NCBI RefSeq assembly: GCF_037042905.1
Contig: NC_087245.1
Span: forward strand, 16,804,001-16,868,000
Length of the DNA: 64,000 nt
Reading direction: 5' to 3'
Origin: Lytechinus pictus
Taxonomy: Eukaryota
Part shown: in pieces, positions 27,401 through 40,496 of the stretch
Numbering within the stretch: the first letter of the stretch is position 1
Layout: the number at the start of each line of letters is the position of its first letter
The notes under the pieces: generated by a model
Database searches by the model: none
Seen by the model: the letters and a program-made list of their open reading frames with translations, nothing else
What the model was told of the DNA's origin: nothing
Program-made: the position numbers and the translations under genes

Positions 27401-29377
27401 AGAACGAAAGGTTAAACGGATAATTTCGCGCCGGTAATATTAGAATCATAATATTTCACAACAAACAAATATTTTGAAGAGGAGAACCATCGGGTCTTTG
27501 TACAGTGGATATCACTGCCTGTCCATATTACTTTCTAGAATACAACTTGACGACTTTCATACTTGGTCAATGCTACAACGTCATCCTCGATAACTGTGAT
27601 GTGAAAATGAATTAAAATTTGATATGGGTTATAAAATGAGTGAAGCCAATGATAGAACAGCCCGATAGCCAACTTTTCTGAAGAGTTCATAGCATGTTTG
27701 TATTGACCAAATTATTTTCTGTTGTTTCCTATGGAAGCTTTAAAGTTCCCAAGACTTGTCGAGATCGACGGCTAGACAATTTATCTTTCCATGTCGACAC
27801 GCGACTTTTCATTATGTCGACCTGGCAAGATAAATCATTTTGCCATCCAGTCAAGTCGAAGGCACTTTAAAGCTCTAAAGCTTCCGTATATACATGTAGT
27901 TTCCTTTTCGTATTGTCGATTTTTCCTTTCTGCAGAATGGTTCTTTTATTATTCAAAAGTAAAAACCAATGATATCGGTGCGAGGAACATGGATATTGTA
28001 TAAAACTAGATATCATTTTTTAAGTGATCACTTCTTCTTAGTTCTATATATGATTTTTCTTCTGGGATCGGGATTTATTTAATTCTAACGATTCTGTGAT
28101 TTATTCAAGAGTGATCCAACTCCAATATTTGCTTTTAAAGATGAGGTTAATAACCCTTTACATTAACATAGGAGGTCGGGGGAAAATGGAACAAAATTGT
28201 CAAGTGTCTATACTATCGTGAATGCTAGTGTTTACCTTCCATTCACCTGCTTGATTACAAGTCACAACCGGATAATTAATTGCAGACCAAGTTTTATTAT
28301 CATTTTGTCCATGACTTTAACGATATTTACAAGAAGAGCCAGTAAATGTCTAGTTGCGTAGTGTATGTCGTATTTCTCGTAGGGGTTTTTATCCAGAGGA
28401 AATTGGAAATATAGTAACAACGTCTCGCCCCTTAACCTCTTTAGTCTGAAGTCATGTACATATTCTTAAGGTGTATTTCTTCCTGAGTAAATTTTGAAAA
28501 TACATAAGAGTTATCATGGTTATAGTGAAACCCTTATTAATATTCTTTATAGCAGTATTTTCATGAGAACTAATACTTGAACGGGTACGCTTATTTTCTT
28601 CTTGGATGGATTCGACGAAAGTCCCACTCTTTCAAAAACTTATCAATATGATTTGTTTTATGTTAGAATGCATTCGTTTATGCGTTCATTTGAACATTCA
28701 AAACGGATTATTGATAACCAATCATTGGAGAAAACATCACATTTCCGTCATCTTTTTCAAAATAGTTTACGAATTGTACAAGTCCTATCCAGTATACGAA
28801 ATCACTTCTCGTTAAATTCTATACAAAATTGATAACATCCCCTTGCCAAAACACAATTTTTAACCTGACTGTTTTGCAGAACCCATTATTATATGTAGTC
28901 ACATTTTCTAAAGGTCTTCTTCGAAACATGCTTTAACAATGTTCAACCACCAAAGGTTGAAGACCTTCCTTGTAAGACTTTACGATTACCATCTAAAACG
29001 GTTCTTGAATAATTACAGGGCCATAAACGCGATGAATTAGTCATTGCAGATATCGTACTTTTGGGTGGGTGAGTGTTGTCGTGAATGATCAAAGAGGGGG
29101 AAAGAAGGACCAATGGAAACGAAGAAAGATACAAAGAGGGAATGAGGATGAGGGAGAAAAGATAGATAGATAGATATAGATTATCCAACTTTGGGTAGTT
29201 TTCAACCAATACTGTGTAGTTTTCACCCAAAGCACACATTATTGGTTTAAATCTACCCAGAATTAGATAAAGTTTTGTTGTGTGGACAGTATGTTGCCCA
29301 ACATTTTTAAGAGTGCAAAAAGACAGCATTGTTAGGCGCTGCTTACAGCGCCTCAATTAAGGTGTTTTTACTTTATA

Positions 29378-29613
29378 CACTGCAAAAACTCCGTGTTGAA
29401 TTAACACCAGCCCGGAATCTATGTCCACACCAGAAAAGTGTGAGACAACACTAGTTTGGTTTTGGTCTAACACCAGATAGGTGTTTATACAACACCAGTT
29501 AGTATTAAAACAGCATTGGTTTGACTCCAAACTGGTGTTGTTTCAATACTTCTCTGGTGTGGACATAATAGATACCGGGCTGGTGTTAAATCAACACCGG
29601 AGTTTTTGCAGTG
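29378..29613. mobile_element. Foldback MITE with CACTG ends and TA flanks, copy 1
   Basis: ta|cactgcaaaaactccg..ttaacaccagcccgg ... ccgggctggtgttaa..cggagtttttgcagtg|ta. Confidence 0.85.
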
Positions 29614-29832
29614 TATTTGTGTTAAGCATTTATGTTATACCGCGCGATGAAAATTGTAGCTTGTTATTCTAGATATCATACATCATAATTATGATTTATG
29701 AAATGTTGGGGAGAAATCATTACTTGTGTCCAAAATTGACTTGGCATCCATTCATTACTGTGTTACTGTAACTTTTATAGCTAATTCTCTTATAATTTCT
29801 TTATCTTTCATTTGCATTACCACTAAAAGCAG

Positions 29833-30098
29833 GTCTAAAGGAGACGGCTTTTGCCCACTCCCTTGTATCCGCCGGTGTCCTGTACCAGGTGACGAGATCG
29901 TGTAGCGCCGGTAAGCTTCCATACTGTGGATGTGATACTCGGTTTGTAGGTAGCGGCGAGGGTTTCGAGTGGGGTGGATGTAGTCACGACATCAAGTTCG
30001 GAGAAGGGTTCGCTATCGACTTCTTGGACAGCAGTGAGAAATCAGGACGAGATGCACAAGCGAGGATGAATCTGCATAATAAACGAGCCGGAAGACTG
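29833..30098 (+). CDS. WNT10: Wnt10 exon 3 (GLKETAFAHSLVSAGVLYQVTRSCSAGKLPYCGCD..FEWGGCSHDIKFG..MNLHNKRAGRL)
   Basis: cag acceptor and gtacgt donor. Wnt motifs ETAF, CGCD, WGGCS and MNLHN are present and phases are consistent. Confidence 0.95.
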
Positions 30099-30109
30099 GT
30101 ACGTACCTT

Positions 30110-30148
<39 letters not shown>

Positions 30149-32253
30149 GGGGGGGGGGCATTTATACAGTCCCATTATTGTTTTTATTCATACATATTCG
30201 TGCGCAGGCGAGGAGAAGGGTAGGGGCAAAACTCAGTTTTCAAACAATTTTCAAACTACAAAAAACGTTACCGATCAGTTTGGTCACTACACATTCTTGC
30301 TAACGCATGGTACACGTAACATGTTCCTTAATATTTACGATTTTATCCCCCCCCCTGAAAAAAAATATCTAAGGTACTACTTTATTTTAATATGTGCATT
30401 AATTTAAATTGGTAGCTCACTATACCTATAGCACGCCACTCAATTAATTTCAAATTTACACATTCGATACACTTCTGAATTTCTGATTCATATCATGAAA
30501 GTTACAATTTCATCAATTTCAATTGCACAGGACGTAGCCCCGTATTGCAACCATGGCAACGGGTATACCTACCTCTGAATTCTTGAAGGCAGAATATTTT
30601 TGTTATTTGCCATTTTATCAAAGTCATTAATCATGAAGGGCCTTGGTCAAGAGTCACTTTAATTTGTTACAGTATCGATATTCGTGGGAACATGTTAAAT
30701 CAATAATTGTGATAACATTGGATATATTTGACCCCAAATTAGTTTTTGTCAGCCTTATGTGGTATATCCACATCGTGTGAAAAGAAATGCCCAAAATTAT
30801 TATTGTGGTAAACTTGATGAAAAGAAAACAATTAATATATTCAAGATCAATATTTTACTCTTTTTTCTTGACAAAAGTTAGCCATAAGCCCTAGGCTAAA
30901 AGTGGTCAATCGCTGATGTACGTTGGCGCTGTGCTGTCTGTGCACAACTCACTATTCACAGCAGGGGCAATTCCTCCCGCTGCAGTCGTTTTTGCCCGAG
31001 GAACAGAAATTAGGAAAATTGACGCGTTTTAATGTTGATTGATAGGGATAAACCCCGGACCATTTTTATCTTGATAAATATGAATTGAAATTTCAAAATA
31101 CCAGTATATTGAAACATGCGTAACAAGAGATGGAGTGAAATAAGAATATGCATTGACATTATTTGGATGATATTCAAAATTGCGTAATCGTTTGCCTTCT
31201 TTTGAATGTTTAAGTTTAAGCATACTATGGGCGTCCGAACTTGTGTGACATAGCTAGAGAACAAAATAATGGTAAAAAACCGCTGGTTGAAAAAATGTAT
31301 ATAACCCCCCACACACAAACACACCCACACAATGAAAACGCATTAAGAATGAGGGAATTGTATTTTGTTAAATACAATGCAGGAATAGAATTTGTACTTA
31401 TTTTATCTTCTAACGAAAAAATATTCAGATTTCTCAAATACTTGTCAGCAAATTACAACGTTTCGCACGCCGCGGTCTGCTTATACTTTTGTAGACCGCA
31501 CTTGTTAGCAAAGAATGACAATTATAGGAACGAAAATTGAATGGGGTGGAAAGTGAAACCATAACCAGATCCGGAAATGATAGCTGACCCAATCAGGTCA
31601 AATCTGTTTTCCACGGTCCTTTTCTCATCTGTATACCGATTGGTGGAGCTATGAACTACTCCAGCTCTGTCCTCCTCTCCCTACTTCTCTCTTCCCCATT
31701 TTTTTCTTCTGTATTAATTGAAATATTGACAAGATGTGTAAATAAAATAAAATATCAATTCATTCACGAGTTATTGAAATGTTCAGATCATCTACGTATT
31801 ATGAAGAGTACATGGTGCCTATAAAAAGACTGTTCTCGGTCTACCCCCAGATGGATATTAATTGGTCCCCTTTTCCTTGCCATCCCCTGTAAATTGGAAA
31901 GAAGTACAGCAAGTTGAGTCTAAAGCTTTCAAGTGCCAACTTATTTTATCATAAATTGTATGATGGTAAATATTTATAAATAAATAGTAAAGGGGATATA
32001 CAATAAGATATAGGCCTTCACATGATATTAGCCATTACACCAATATGTGCAACGCAGGTGTGCTAGTGTCCTGTATGTAGGGGTGTGCGCGTGTGTGAGT
32101 GTGCGTGTTGGTGTCATTTTAGTAGCATCCGGTTGTCACTACATAGTGTACATGGTGTAACCATCATATAAAAATCTAGGGACTCTTGGACGTCATGACG
32201 TATTTAAGTTCGTTACGGTTCCTTTACAACATAATCCCAGTCATCGAATTCTG

Positions 32254-32489
32254 CACTGCAAAAACTCCAGTGTTAATGTATCACCAGCCTAGTATCTATA
32301 TCGGTCCACTCTTGAGAGGTGTTGAACAACACCGGTTTGGCGTTAGGCTAACACCAATTTGGCATTTAAGCAATACCAATTAGTGTTAAACCAACATCGG
32401 TTTGAAACTTTCTTGTTTCAACACCCCTCTGGTGTGGACCGATATAGATACAAGGCTGGTGTTAAATTAACGCCGGCGTTTTTGCAGTC
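32254..32489. mobile_element. Foldback MITE with CACTG ends, copy 2 (same family as 29378-29613)
   Basis: cactgcaaaaactcc..caccagcc ... ggctggtgttaaattaacgccggcgtttttgcagt. Confidence 0.8.
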
Positions 32490-32539
32490 TGGCTCTTGGC
32501 AGCATTCCTGCAAGAGAATCCAAGCTCAAAATGATAGAC

Positions 32540-32680
32540 ATGCATTGGCTCACGTATTCTAACCAGTGATAAAGTGTGGATAGACGTCTTGCCTGCTGAC
32601 GCTATATAGTGTCGCGGTGTGACTTGAATCCAGGACCCACTGAGTACAAGACACGAGTTTGACCACTATCACGACAATGA
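32540..32680 (-). mobile_element. Degenerate tRNA-derived SINE head
   Basis: Reverse complement gtgatagtggtcaaa..ggtcctggattcaagtcacacc resembles RNA polymerase III A and B boxes. Confidence 0.3.
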
Positions 32681-33868
32681 AATCGCGTACAGTGTTATTG
32701 AAAGTATATACCTTCTACCTAGATTCCAGGCCTACGGTGCACTTTTCTTTCTTGAACTACAGATAGTCATTGAATCTTCATCCGTCTGTAATCTGTTTAC
32801 ATCGATCATTGCATTTAACATATCATACTGTGATCATGGTGAGCGGTGCTTAGTTTGAAAGGGGCCGGCTCCGCGGCAGTCAGTCGCGTTATCACTCTAT
32901 GATGTCTACCCACTCCCTTCTGTACCTTCTAAGATATTAAACATGTTAAAGGTAACGTTCTGCAATACTACACCAGTCCGTCCCCATATTCTGTAACAAA
33001 AGCATGACAACAAAATTTAAAAAAAATAATGATTTGAAAGATTTGAATAAAATTGAAATTTGCACTGTCCATTAGGTTTTTTTTCGCTTGGTCGCTAAGC
33101 TCCCTTGCAGATCGACAGGCGACTATAAACAAACTTGTTTTAGAGAGATGAACGTCACAAAAAACACAAATTCCTTGACAGCCATCACTGTTATACCCAA
33201 TGATGCCCTCGTGAAAATAGCAAATTTCCTCACTTGTCTCGCTTGATCGATAAGCTCCCTTCTATAAAGAAAAACAATATTCGAAAAATAAGTTTGAATC
33301 ATGCATGTGGGAGGAGCCTTGCATACTCCCTCTACCATAAAAAAAAACTTGTTGCAGCCACCGAAAATGTCAAAATAAAATTTGTATCTTTTCTTCATTA
33401 TGGGTAAGCATGGAATCTAAAACTGTTCATTCTAAAATGTTCCTATTGTAGTGCCACTAATGTATTCAAATATCCTTTTTTTTACGAAAAATCCTTATAC
33501 GATCAAGTTCGAGAGTACAGACTGGTATCTTTCTTAAAAGTTTCGAAGCTGCGGGAGAAAGTATTTTGTGGGTTTTTGGAGCGAGATGTCAGCGGGGTAA
33601 AGAGGGCGAAAACTATTAAACGAGACCCTGGATGCCATAGCGCCGCTTAGAGACGGGGGAAAAAGAAACACTTACAATCTTGACAGTTGCTTGACTCCCT
33701 GTAGCGCCCTCGTCTTTGGATACGACGAGAAGAGATGGAATTGAGGCCGGGTGGTAGACAGGGATGGGTGAATGTGAAGAGGCAGCTGAAGATGGTTGAA
33801 AAAGAAGTTTGGGGTATAGGGTAGATAGCCCCCTGACAAAGACAATGTAAAGAGAAGAGAGGGAAGAT

Positions 33869-34087
33869 ACACTCTAAAAATGATTTTAAAAAAATCAGTT
33901 TGGGGTACAAAGGGAATTCCACCATGTTTGCTGTGTAATTTTCCACATTTTGGGCAAAATGTATGTTTTAAGGATAAATTTCAACGCAACACCGTAAAAT
34001 TTACAAAGTATTTGGTATAATTTTACTCTGCAAACATGCATGTTCCCATTTTACCATGCAATATTGGGTGAACTTTTTTAGGGTGTA
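33869..34087. mobile_element. Degenerate MITE with CACT-type ends
   Basis: ta|cactctaaaaa ... tttttagggtg|ta. Confidence 0.45.
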
Positions 34088-35469
34088 GAGTACAGCGCTA
34101 GCGAGAATGAGTGACATAAAATGGTAGGGGATAATGTGGGCATGTTTTGGATGCCAGTGAGGAATTGGAGGCGAGGAAGGTGTGTGTGGGTGTGCATACT
34201 GTAATGGAGTGCGGGTGTGGAGTGAGGACTTGAGTGTGAGCATGGGTTCGATAGCATACTTGTGTGAGATGATAGCGTGTGTGGGTGAGTGTGTGTTAGC
34301 GTTGCGGGGGATGTGTGAGTGGGATGTGTGTATGAACTATTAAATACAGAATAACATGCATGCGCCTAACGGAGATACAGAAAGAAGGTGGAATATCTAA
34401 GATGTTAACGTAATGACGGAGACAAACATTGGGCTGGTGTGCGTTCGTGTGGGAATTTGTAGGGTGGGCCGGATACCAACAAATGAGACCCGGAGAACCA
34501 GATAATCCATTAGAGAAGCGGAATGATCGAGAAGTGGGGGAACGATGATAATTCATAAAATGTGAAATGGAGGAAAATATCAAAAGGGAAAAGGATAGTT
34601 ATAAAGAGGGAGATGATGCGTTTCCGTGCTTCATTGTGATTTCTAAGTAACAGCTGTATCAGAATTTGGAAGGTGTAGATAAGAATAACAATGTTATGAA
34701 TCATGACATTAATGATTATGAAGTCATCTTATAGGTACTTCCGCGAAACAGTAAAGAGGGAAAGGCCAAGTGAAAGGGGCTTTAGGATATAGTCACACGT
34801 ATCTTTAGATAATAGCTCATCAATGCTCTTGTTTTCTTGAAAGATATACTTGTACATTTTGCTGCATAAAATCTCTTTTACACTTACACATTATGTGTAG
34901 TTTATCACCTGCATATCATGTCAAAAGATTATGCTATACTAAACAATGTATTTTTTACATTACATTTCGTCAAACATACGTAAGGTTACAATACATTATG
35001 AAAACAGAACCAAATGAAAGTTAGAATGTAAAAGTCAATCCTATCCGCGACGTGGTCCATACAATACATTTTACACCTTATTCTACTTCAGGTTTCTTTT
35101 ACAATCATGTTTTGACATTGTTCACAAAAGCGATTCATGTATTTATGATGTCTCTCCATAAACCTGTGGACACGAAACGTTGTTTTTGCTGATTTGGTGC
35201 GACCATGTGGCGACTATGATACGAGTTGTTACTGATGTTCTTGTAACGTACACTGGATTTCTTCACACTTGTTTCGAAATCGTTGGCTATTAATAAATAA
35301 CATGCTTGTCGGCAAGCCTCACGATGAGGCATTAACTGTAATATTGTGATTTGATTCTTATCCCACAAAGAGTGATGAAAATAGCTGTATTTTGATTTAA
35401 CACAAACATTGATACAAATGAGTTAATAATTATGATCAACTGTGATATTTTTTGTATTTCCTATTACAG

Positions 35470-35964
35470 GCGGTTTCCCACTATGCTGAAAAGAGATGTA
35501 AATGTCACGGCATGTCAGGAAGCTGTCAACTGAAGACGTGTTGGATGCAGACTCCTCACTTCAGGGAGGTCGGAAGCCGTCTCATGGAGAAGTTTGCAGA
35601 CGCCCTCGAGATTCGCGCGCGAAACACTAACGGTGGAAGCGTAGAATTGGTAACACGGGCCAGATCTCAGGTCTCCTCCCATCGCAAAAGGCGCCGATTT
35701 CCGCCTCAAGAAGAGTTGGTATTCCTGGAGAAGTCACCCGATTTCTGCGTTGCGAACCCCAGGCTGGGCAGTCCCGGCACGAGAGAACGCTATTGCAATC
35801 GTACAAGCACGGGCATTGACGGCTGTGATAGCTTGTGCTGTGGGAGGGGCTACAATATTCGGTTGGAGAGAAGGACAGAGTGGTGCAATTGCACGTTTCA
35901 TTGGTGTTGCTATGTCCGGTGCCAGCAATGTCACAGCTCACAATGGGTTAACCAGTGCAAGTAG
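35470..35964 (+). CDS. WNT10: Wnt10 exon 4, terminal (AVSHYAEKRCKCHGMSGSCQLKTCW...HWCCYVRCQQCHSSQWVNQCK*)
   Basis: acag acceptor; CKCHGMSGSC lipidation motif and the full C-terminal Cys pattern. Spliced CDS is 53+278+266+495 = 1092 nt = 363 aa plus stop. Confidence 0.96.
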   Translation, partial: AVSHYAEKRCKCHGMSGSCQLKTCWMQTPHFREVGSRLMEKFADALEIRARNTNGGSVELVTRARSQVSSHRKRRRFPPQEELVFLEKSPDFCVANPRLGSPGTRERYCNRTSTGIDGCDSLCCGRGYNIRLERRTEWCNCTFHWCCYVRCQQCHSSQWVNQCK

Positions 35965-36809
35965 ATGACGTCATGGAGATGATGATGTGAAATGGACACA
36001 AATGAAAGAAACCGAATGTGATTATAAGCATGATACGGAGACAACCTTCTACATGATGTGCTACTAAAACTGTTTTCAGAAAACTAAGTTTTTGGATGAC
36101 CACGCCCATTTTTCGAGACGTTTTCGTATATCACACCTAAATAATGGGATATTTGATAGACTCTGCAAGATATTATCTTGAATCAAATGAGGTCGTGTGA
36201 GGTGATTGGATTTTTTAGCAATTCGGATTTTGCTTGTCTAAGCATTGAACTACTTACCATATGTTTAAGTTTTTTCAGATCATGGATCTACTTGTGGTGA
36301 TTTTTCACAGAATGTGGTCAGTTTCGCGATCGCAAGTACTGTTTTTATTACGTCATAGTGACGAAATATATTGGCGATATTACTCTTCTGTGTCATTTTA
36401 CTAAAATTGGCAAATTTTAATAGATAGCCGATAGCCTGTTTGATTTCAACTTTTCTACATTTGAATTCATATTTATAATATCATTGTGAATAGGAAAAAA
36501 TCGTGGCCTCTGATAGGCATACTTTGTAAATAGAGATTATTTCGCTTACATGACTAATTTGATATAACTTTTGAGTGAGAAAAAACTAATGTAAATATTT
36601 CAATAATATTTAGAATAATCAACAATATATTCACTCAGTGGTATGCGTAATGATTTTTAAAGATAATCTCATCAAATAATAATAAATTCACACGGAAGCC
36701 TTGTAATTTTCATTGCCTACAGCGTCTATCATGGGATACGATAACAAATGAGTGATGAAATGTGTATAATGTTTCAAGGGAAGTATTGCTCTGTACAAAT
36801 GTGACATAA

Positions 36810-37185
36810 GGGCGATTCCATGCTAGAAAAATCAGCCATTTTCGCAACATTTTTAAACCTACTGTCCAAACAAACAAAATAATAGAGTACTACTGGAAAG
36901 TTATATGAAAAAATGACAACCGACAAAAATATGTTGTCCATGGGTGAATTAGAGGTGAAAATGTTGCGTGTCGTACGGGACATTTCTGAGTCCCCGTACG
37001 ACACACAGCATTTTCACCTTTAATTCACCCATAATCCAACATTTTTTGTTGGTAATCAGTTTTTCAGATGACTACTTACTATAACTTCGTTATTGACAAA
37101 AAATAATTTTCTATTGCTCAAGCGATCAACTATGAGACTAGAAATTGTTGTCAAAATGTCCCGTACGATACGTATGGAATCGCCC
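36810..37185. mobile_element. MITE with 4-bp ATAA TSD (Sola-like) containing a long central hairpin
   Basis: ataa|gggcgattccat ... atggaatcgccc|ataa; internal ~41-bp inverted repeat at 36940-37032. Confidence 0.75.
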
Positions 37186-39881
37186 ATAACCTAATTGTAA
37201 ACTTCTTGATTTGCCCGTTATATATGTCATAAACGTAAATAGAATTCACTATATTCGACACTGGTTATTGTGTTGTTTTTTCAGTCAACTAAAAGATATA
37301 TACCCATGAAATTTAGCATGGATTTAGTGCTGCTGTCCTTTTCAATCAATTTTTCTTTTCAATTATTTGCTCCCTCAATAGCTCCTGTAAATAGAAAACA
37401 GATCAATGTCATCCCCTTCCCGAGAAAAGTGTATTGTAACTTTTATCTCTCAAAATGATAAATGACTTTGAAGAATGACAATTAACAATTCAAAGTTCTA
37501 ATTGTGTATAAATCCTTATTTTGCCATGTTTATATGATGAATAAATAAAATTGTCGATAAACAGTACGGTTATCTTTAAAAAGACGTGTCATTCAAATGA
37601 TTTCATATTTGATGCGCCTTCTGTCGCCAAGACTTTGCAATATCTACATTGTATATTTATCGTCATAATTATCGAATGATATTATTTTTTGGTAACTTTT
37701 GCCATGTATTTTATTTACTTTTAACAAAATATAAATTGTTCTGAGTGCTTTTGTTGTTGGAATCTGAATCGATAGATGTGCTTTCTTCCAGACTATGCAT
37801 GCACAGTAACATTTGCTTGTCATTTTCTTCAGTGTTATCCCTAAAAAAGCTCTTTGTTTGTTCACTAAATAAGATATGGCATATTGTTAGTCCTACATAA
37901 AAAATATTAAGGATATCAATGCATTCGAAAAGACAACCAACCTTAGAACTGATTCAACTTACTGATCAGACATCATAACTTACAATCGGAGTGATCTGCT
38001 GCTGATCCACGTCCGTCCACATTTCACAGATTCACATGAATCTGATATTAATTATACTGATTAAATAGAAGTTGCCCTTAACCCCACCCATACTCTAAAT
38101 GGGGCGCTTCAGTGAGTAGGGCAGTAGACGATCGCCCCATGACATTTAAAGAGGTGAAAAGGATAGAAAAGAAGAGAAAGTGAGAGAATGAATAATAATG
38201 ATATGGATAAGTGTGGATACGTTACACAACTCTACAATACTGTGAATTCTCTTGTTTGTTTTTTTATTTATAAATAAAGCTCGCTTTGGGATGGTCACGC
38301 TCCTCTATTAGAATATCAGGCATCGCTTTGCAGTTTTCTAAATAGGTTGCTTGCAGCTTTCAGAACATCTCTCCGTTTGGAAAGTGCAAATTGATAGTGC
38401 AAACGTGACGTGAGATTTATAATTTATAATTACAACTTTGTTTTCCCCGTGATGCTAATGGTCACATAATGATAAGTAAATGAAACAAATTGAATAAATA
38501 CCATGCTATACATTGACAACGACTCACTTGTATTCCAGTGTATTTATTTTACACAGTGAAAGAGGAAAGGGTAATGAGTTACATTATTTTTTTCTGGAAT
38601 ACATTTACAAAAATTAATGAACAACAACTATCCCCTCTGTCCCCCCCCCCTCCCCCCCTCCCCCCCCCTCTCTCTCTCTCTCCCTCCCGCCTCTCCTCCC
38701 CCTTTTCGAGTGATGTGTCTGATATCGTCTCCCCCACCAAATAAACCTCTTTTCCTCTATATTTTTAAAGAAAATTTCATTTTTTTAAAAATAGAATTAA
38801 TAGTGCCACGCCACATAATAGAGCCGGTCGTTTCTGACTTTGACTGTCACAATATCATAATTTGAAATGTTCATTACTGGGTATTATTTGACGAATCTCA
38901 TGGAATTTTCACCAATATACTGTATGTTTGTTTGTTTTTGCTTTTATCAAAACCAGTTATCGTTAGGGTGAACCTCCACTTTAATTTGATGTTTTGCCCT
39001 TTAGCCCATGCGATAAAACAAAACTTATACGCACATGGCCAAGTGGAAATTATCCCTATCCAATATGATGACAGCTTATCTACATCTTAAGTGTAAAGAG
39101 GGTTTGAACATATAGACATAAAGAAAGGCAAATAATTAGAATAGGCAAAAGACAGAAAGAAAAAGAGAGCGAGAAAAGGGGGCGATATCCAAAAGAAAAA
39201 AATAACACAAACTAAGTAACAAGGTAGATTCATCATTATTTTTCCTGTGATTGCATATAAAATAGGTTTATATTTGTTTCCCCCTTTTTTAATTATATAT
39301 ATATATATAGTATTATATAGTATTCGTTGAAAATCATATTTTGAGCTTGTTGAGTTGCACTGGGTGTTGGGATAATGGCAGAGAATCTAACAACACAAGG
39401 TTTGAATGAGAAATAAAGTAAATGCTTGAAATGTAAACGGATCGCCGTGAACTTGCAATGTTTGCCCGTGCTAAACACAACTCTGGGAGCTCTGTATTAT
39501 TTTCTGACACGCTCATGACATTCCCATTTGATTTGTACAAACAAAATGACATATACCTCATGCCAGCCATTTCCAATTATCTAAAAAGCTCAAAGGTTAA
39601 TTACACAAACTTCATATTAAAGAAACCTCAAGCTTGAAAACACTCCTCACATTGGCTCATCTTAATCGAATATATAGGCCTATGGGTGAAATGATTCAGC
39701 ATAATTATTTCGGTGGTACAATTTTAATCAAGCATGCCTTATTTTGAAGTATAGTGGTGAAGTATATGCGGACCAAAAGAGGCCATACCAAACAAATACA
39801 GCATAGGGTCAGGCTCATTTGCAAGAATTTGATAGGAGATTGTACCTTGGGAGTCGATTAGTTGGAGTTCACAAGATCATC

Positions 39882-40059
39882 ATGGGTTCTTCGAGCAGTA
39901 GCAATGCTTTGCAGGATAAGAAGGTGGTGGTGATTGGAGCTAGCTATGGTGGTAATGCAGCAGCCATGCCTCTGAGGGGAAAGTGCAAACTCATCGTCAT
40001 AGACACCAGGGAAGCTATGCATCTCTCTATCTCATCGCTTAGAGCTGTGGTTGAACCAG
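39882..40059 (+). CDS. AIFM2: AIFM2/FSP1 (ferroptosis suppressor protein 1-like NAD(P)H:quinone oxidoreductase) exon 1 (MGSSSSSNALQDKKVVVIGASYGGNAAA...SSLRAVVEP)
   Basis: MGxxxS myristoylation motif and FAD Rossmann motif. LRAVVE parallels human LRASVE. G|gtatta donor. Confidence 0.88.
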
Positions 40060-40108
40060 GTATTAATTAATGCAAGCATTTTATGATAGTTATAAATTGT
40101 GATATTAA

Positions 40109-40496
40109 AGGGATGGTCCAGGCTGGAGATATTTACATCTCGATAAATAGAGTAAAATTTACAAAGCAAAATGCTGAAAATTTGATAAAAATCGGACAAC
40201 ATATAACGAAGTTATTGAATATTAAAGATTTGCATTATACCGGTGAAACAGTTCTAGGCATGTCTTTATGAATATTCATTAGGTGGCCTGATGATGTCAT
40301 ATCCCCACTTGTTCTTTTATATTCTATTATATGAAATTATGTTTGTTCAAAATTTTTCTACTAAGAACTAAAACAATTGGATTGACAACTGATTAAGTGC
40401 ATTAGTTATTTATTCCCGCAACTTATTTCATCATTTGGCTTTGTGAATGTTACTCCATTTATTTAAATATGAATACTTTCAGCCCGGACCATCCCT
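40109..40496. mobile_element. Kolobok-like non-autonomous element
   Basis: ttaa|agggatggtccaggctg ... cagcccggaccatccct|ttaa. Confidence 0.82.
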
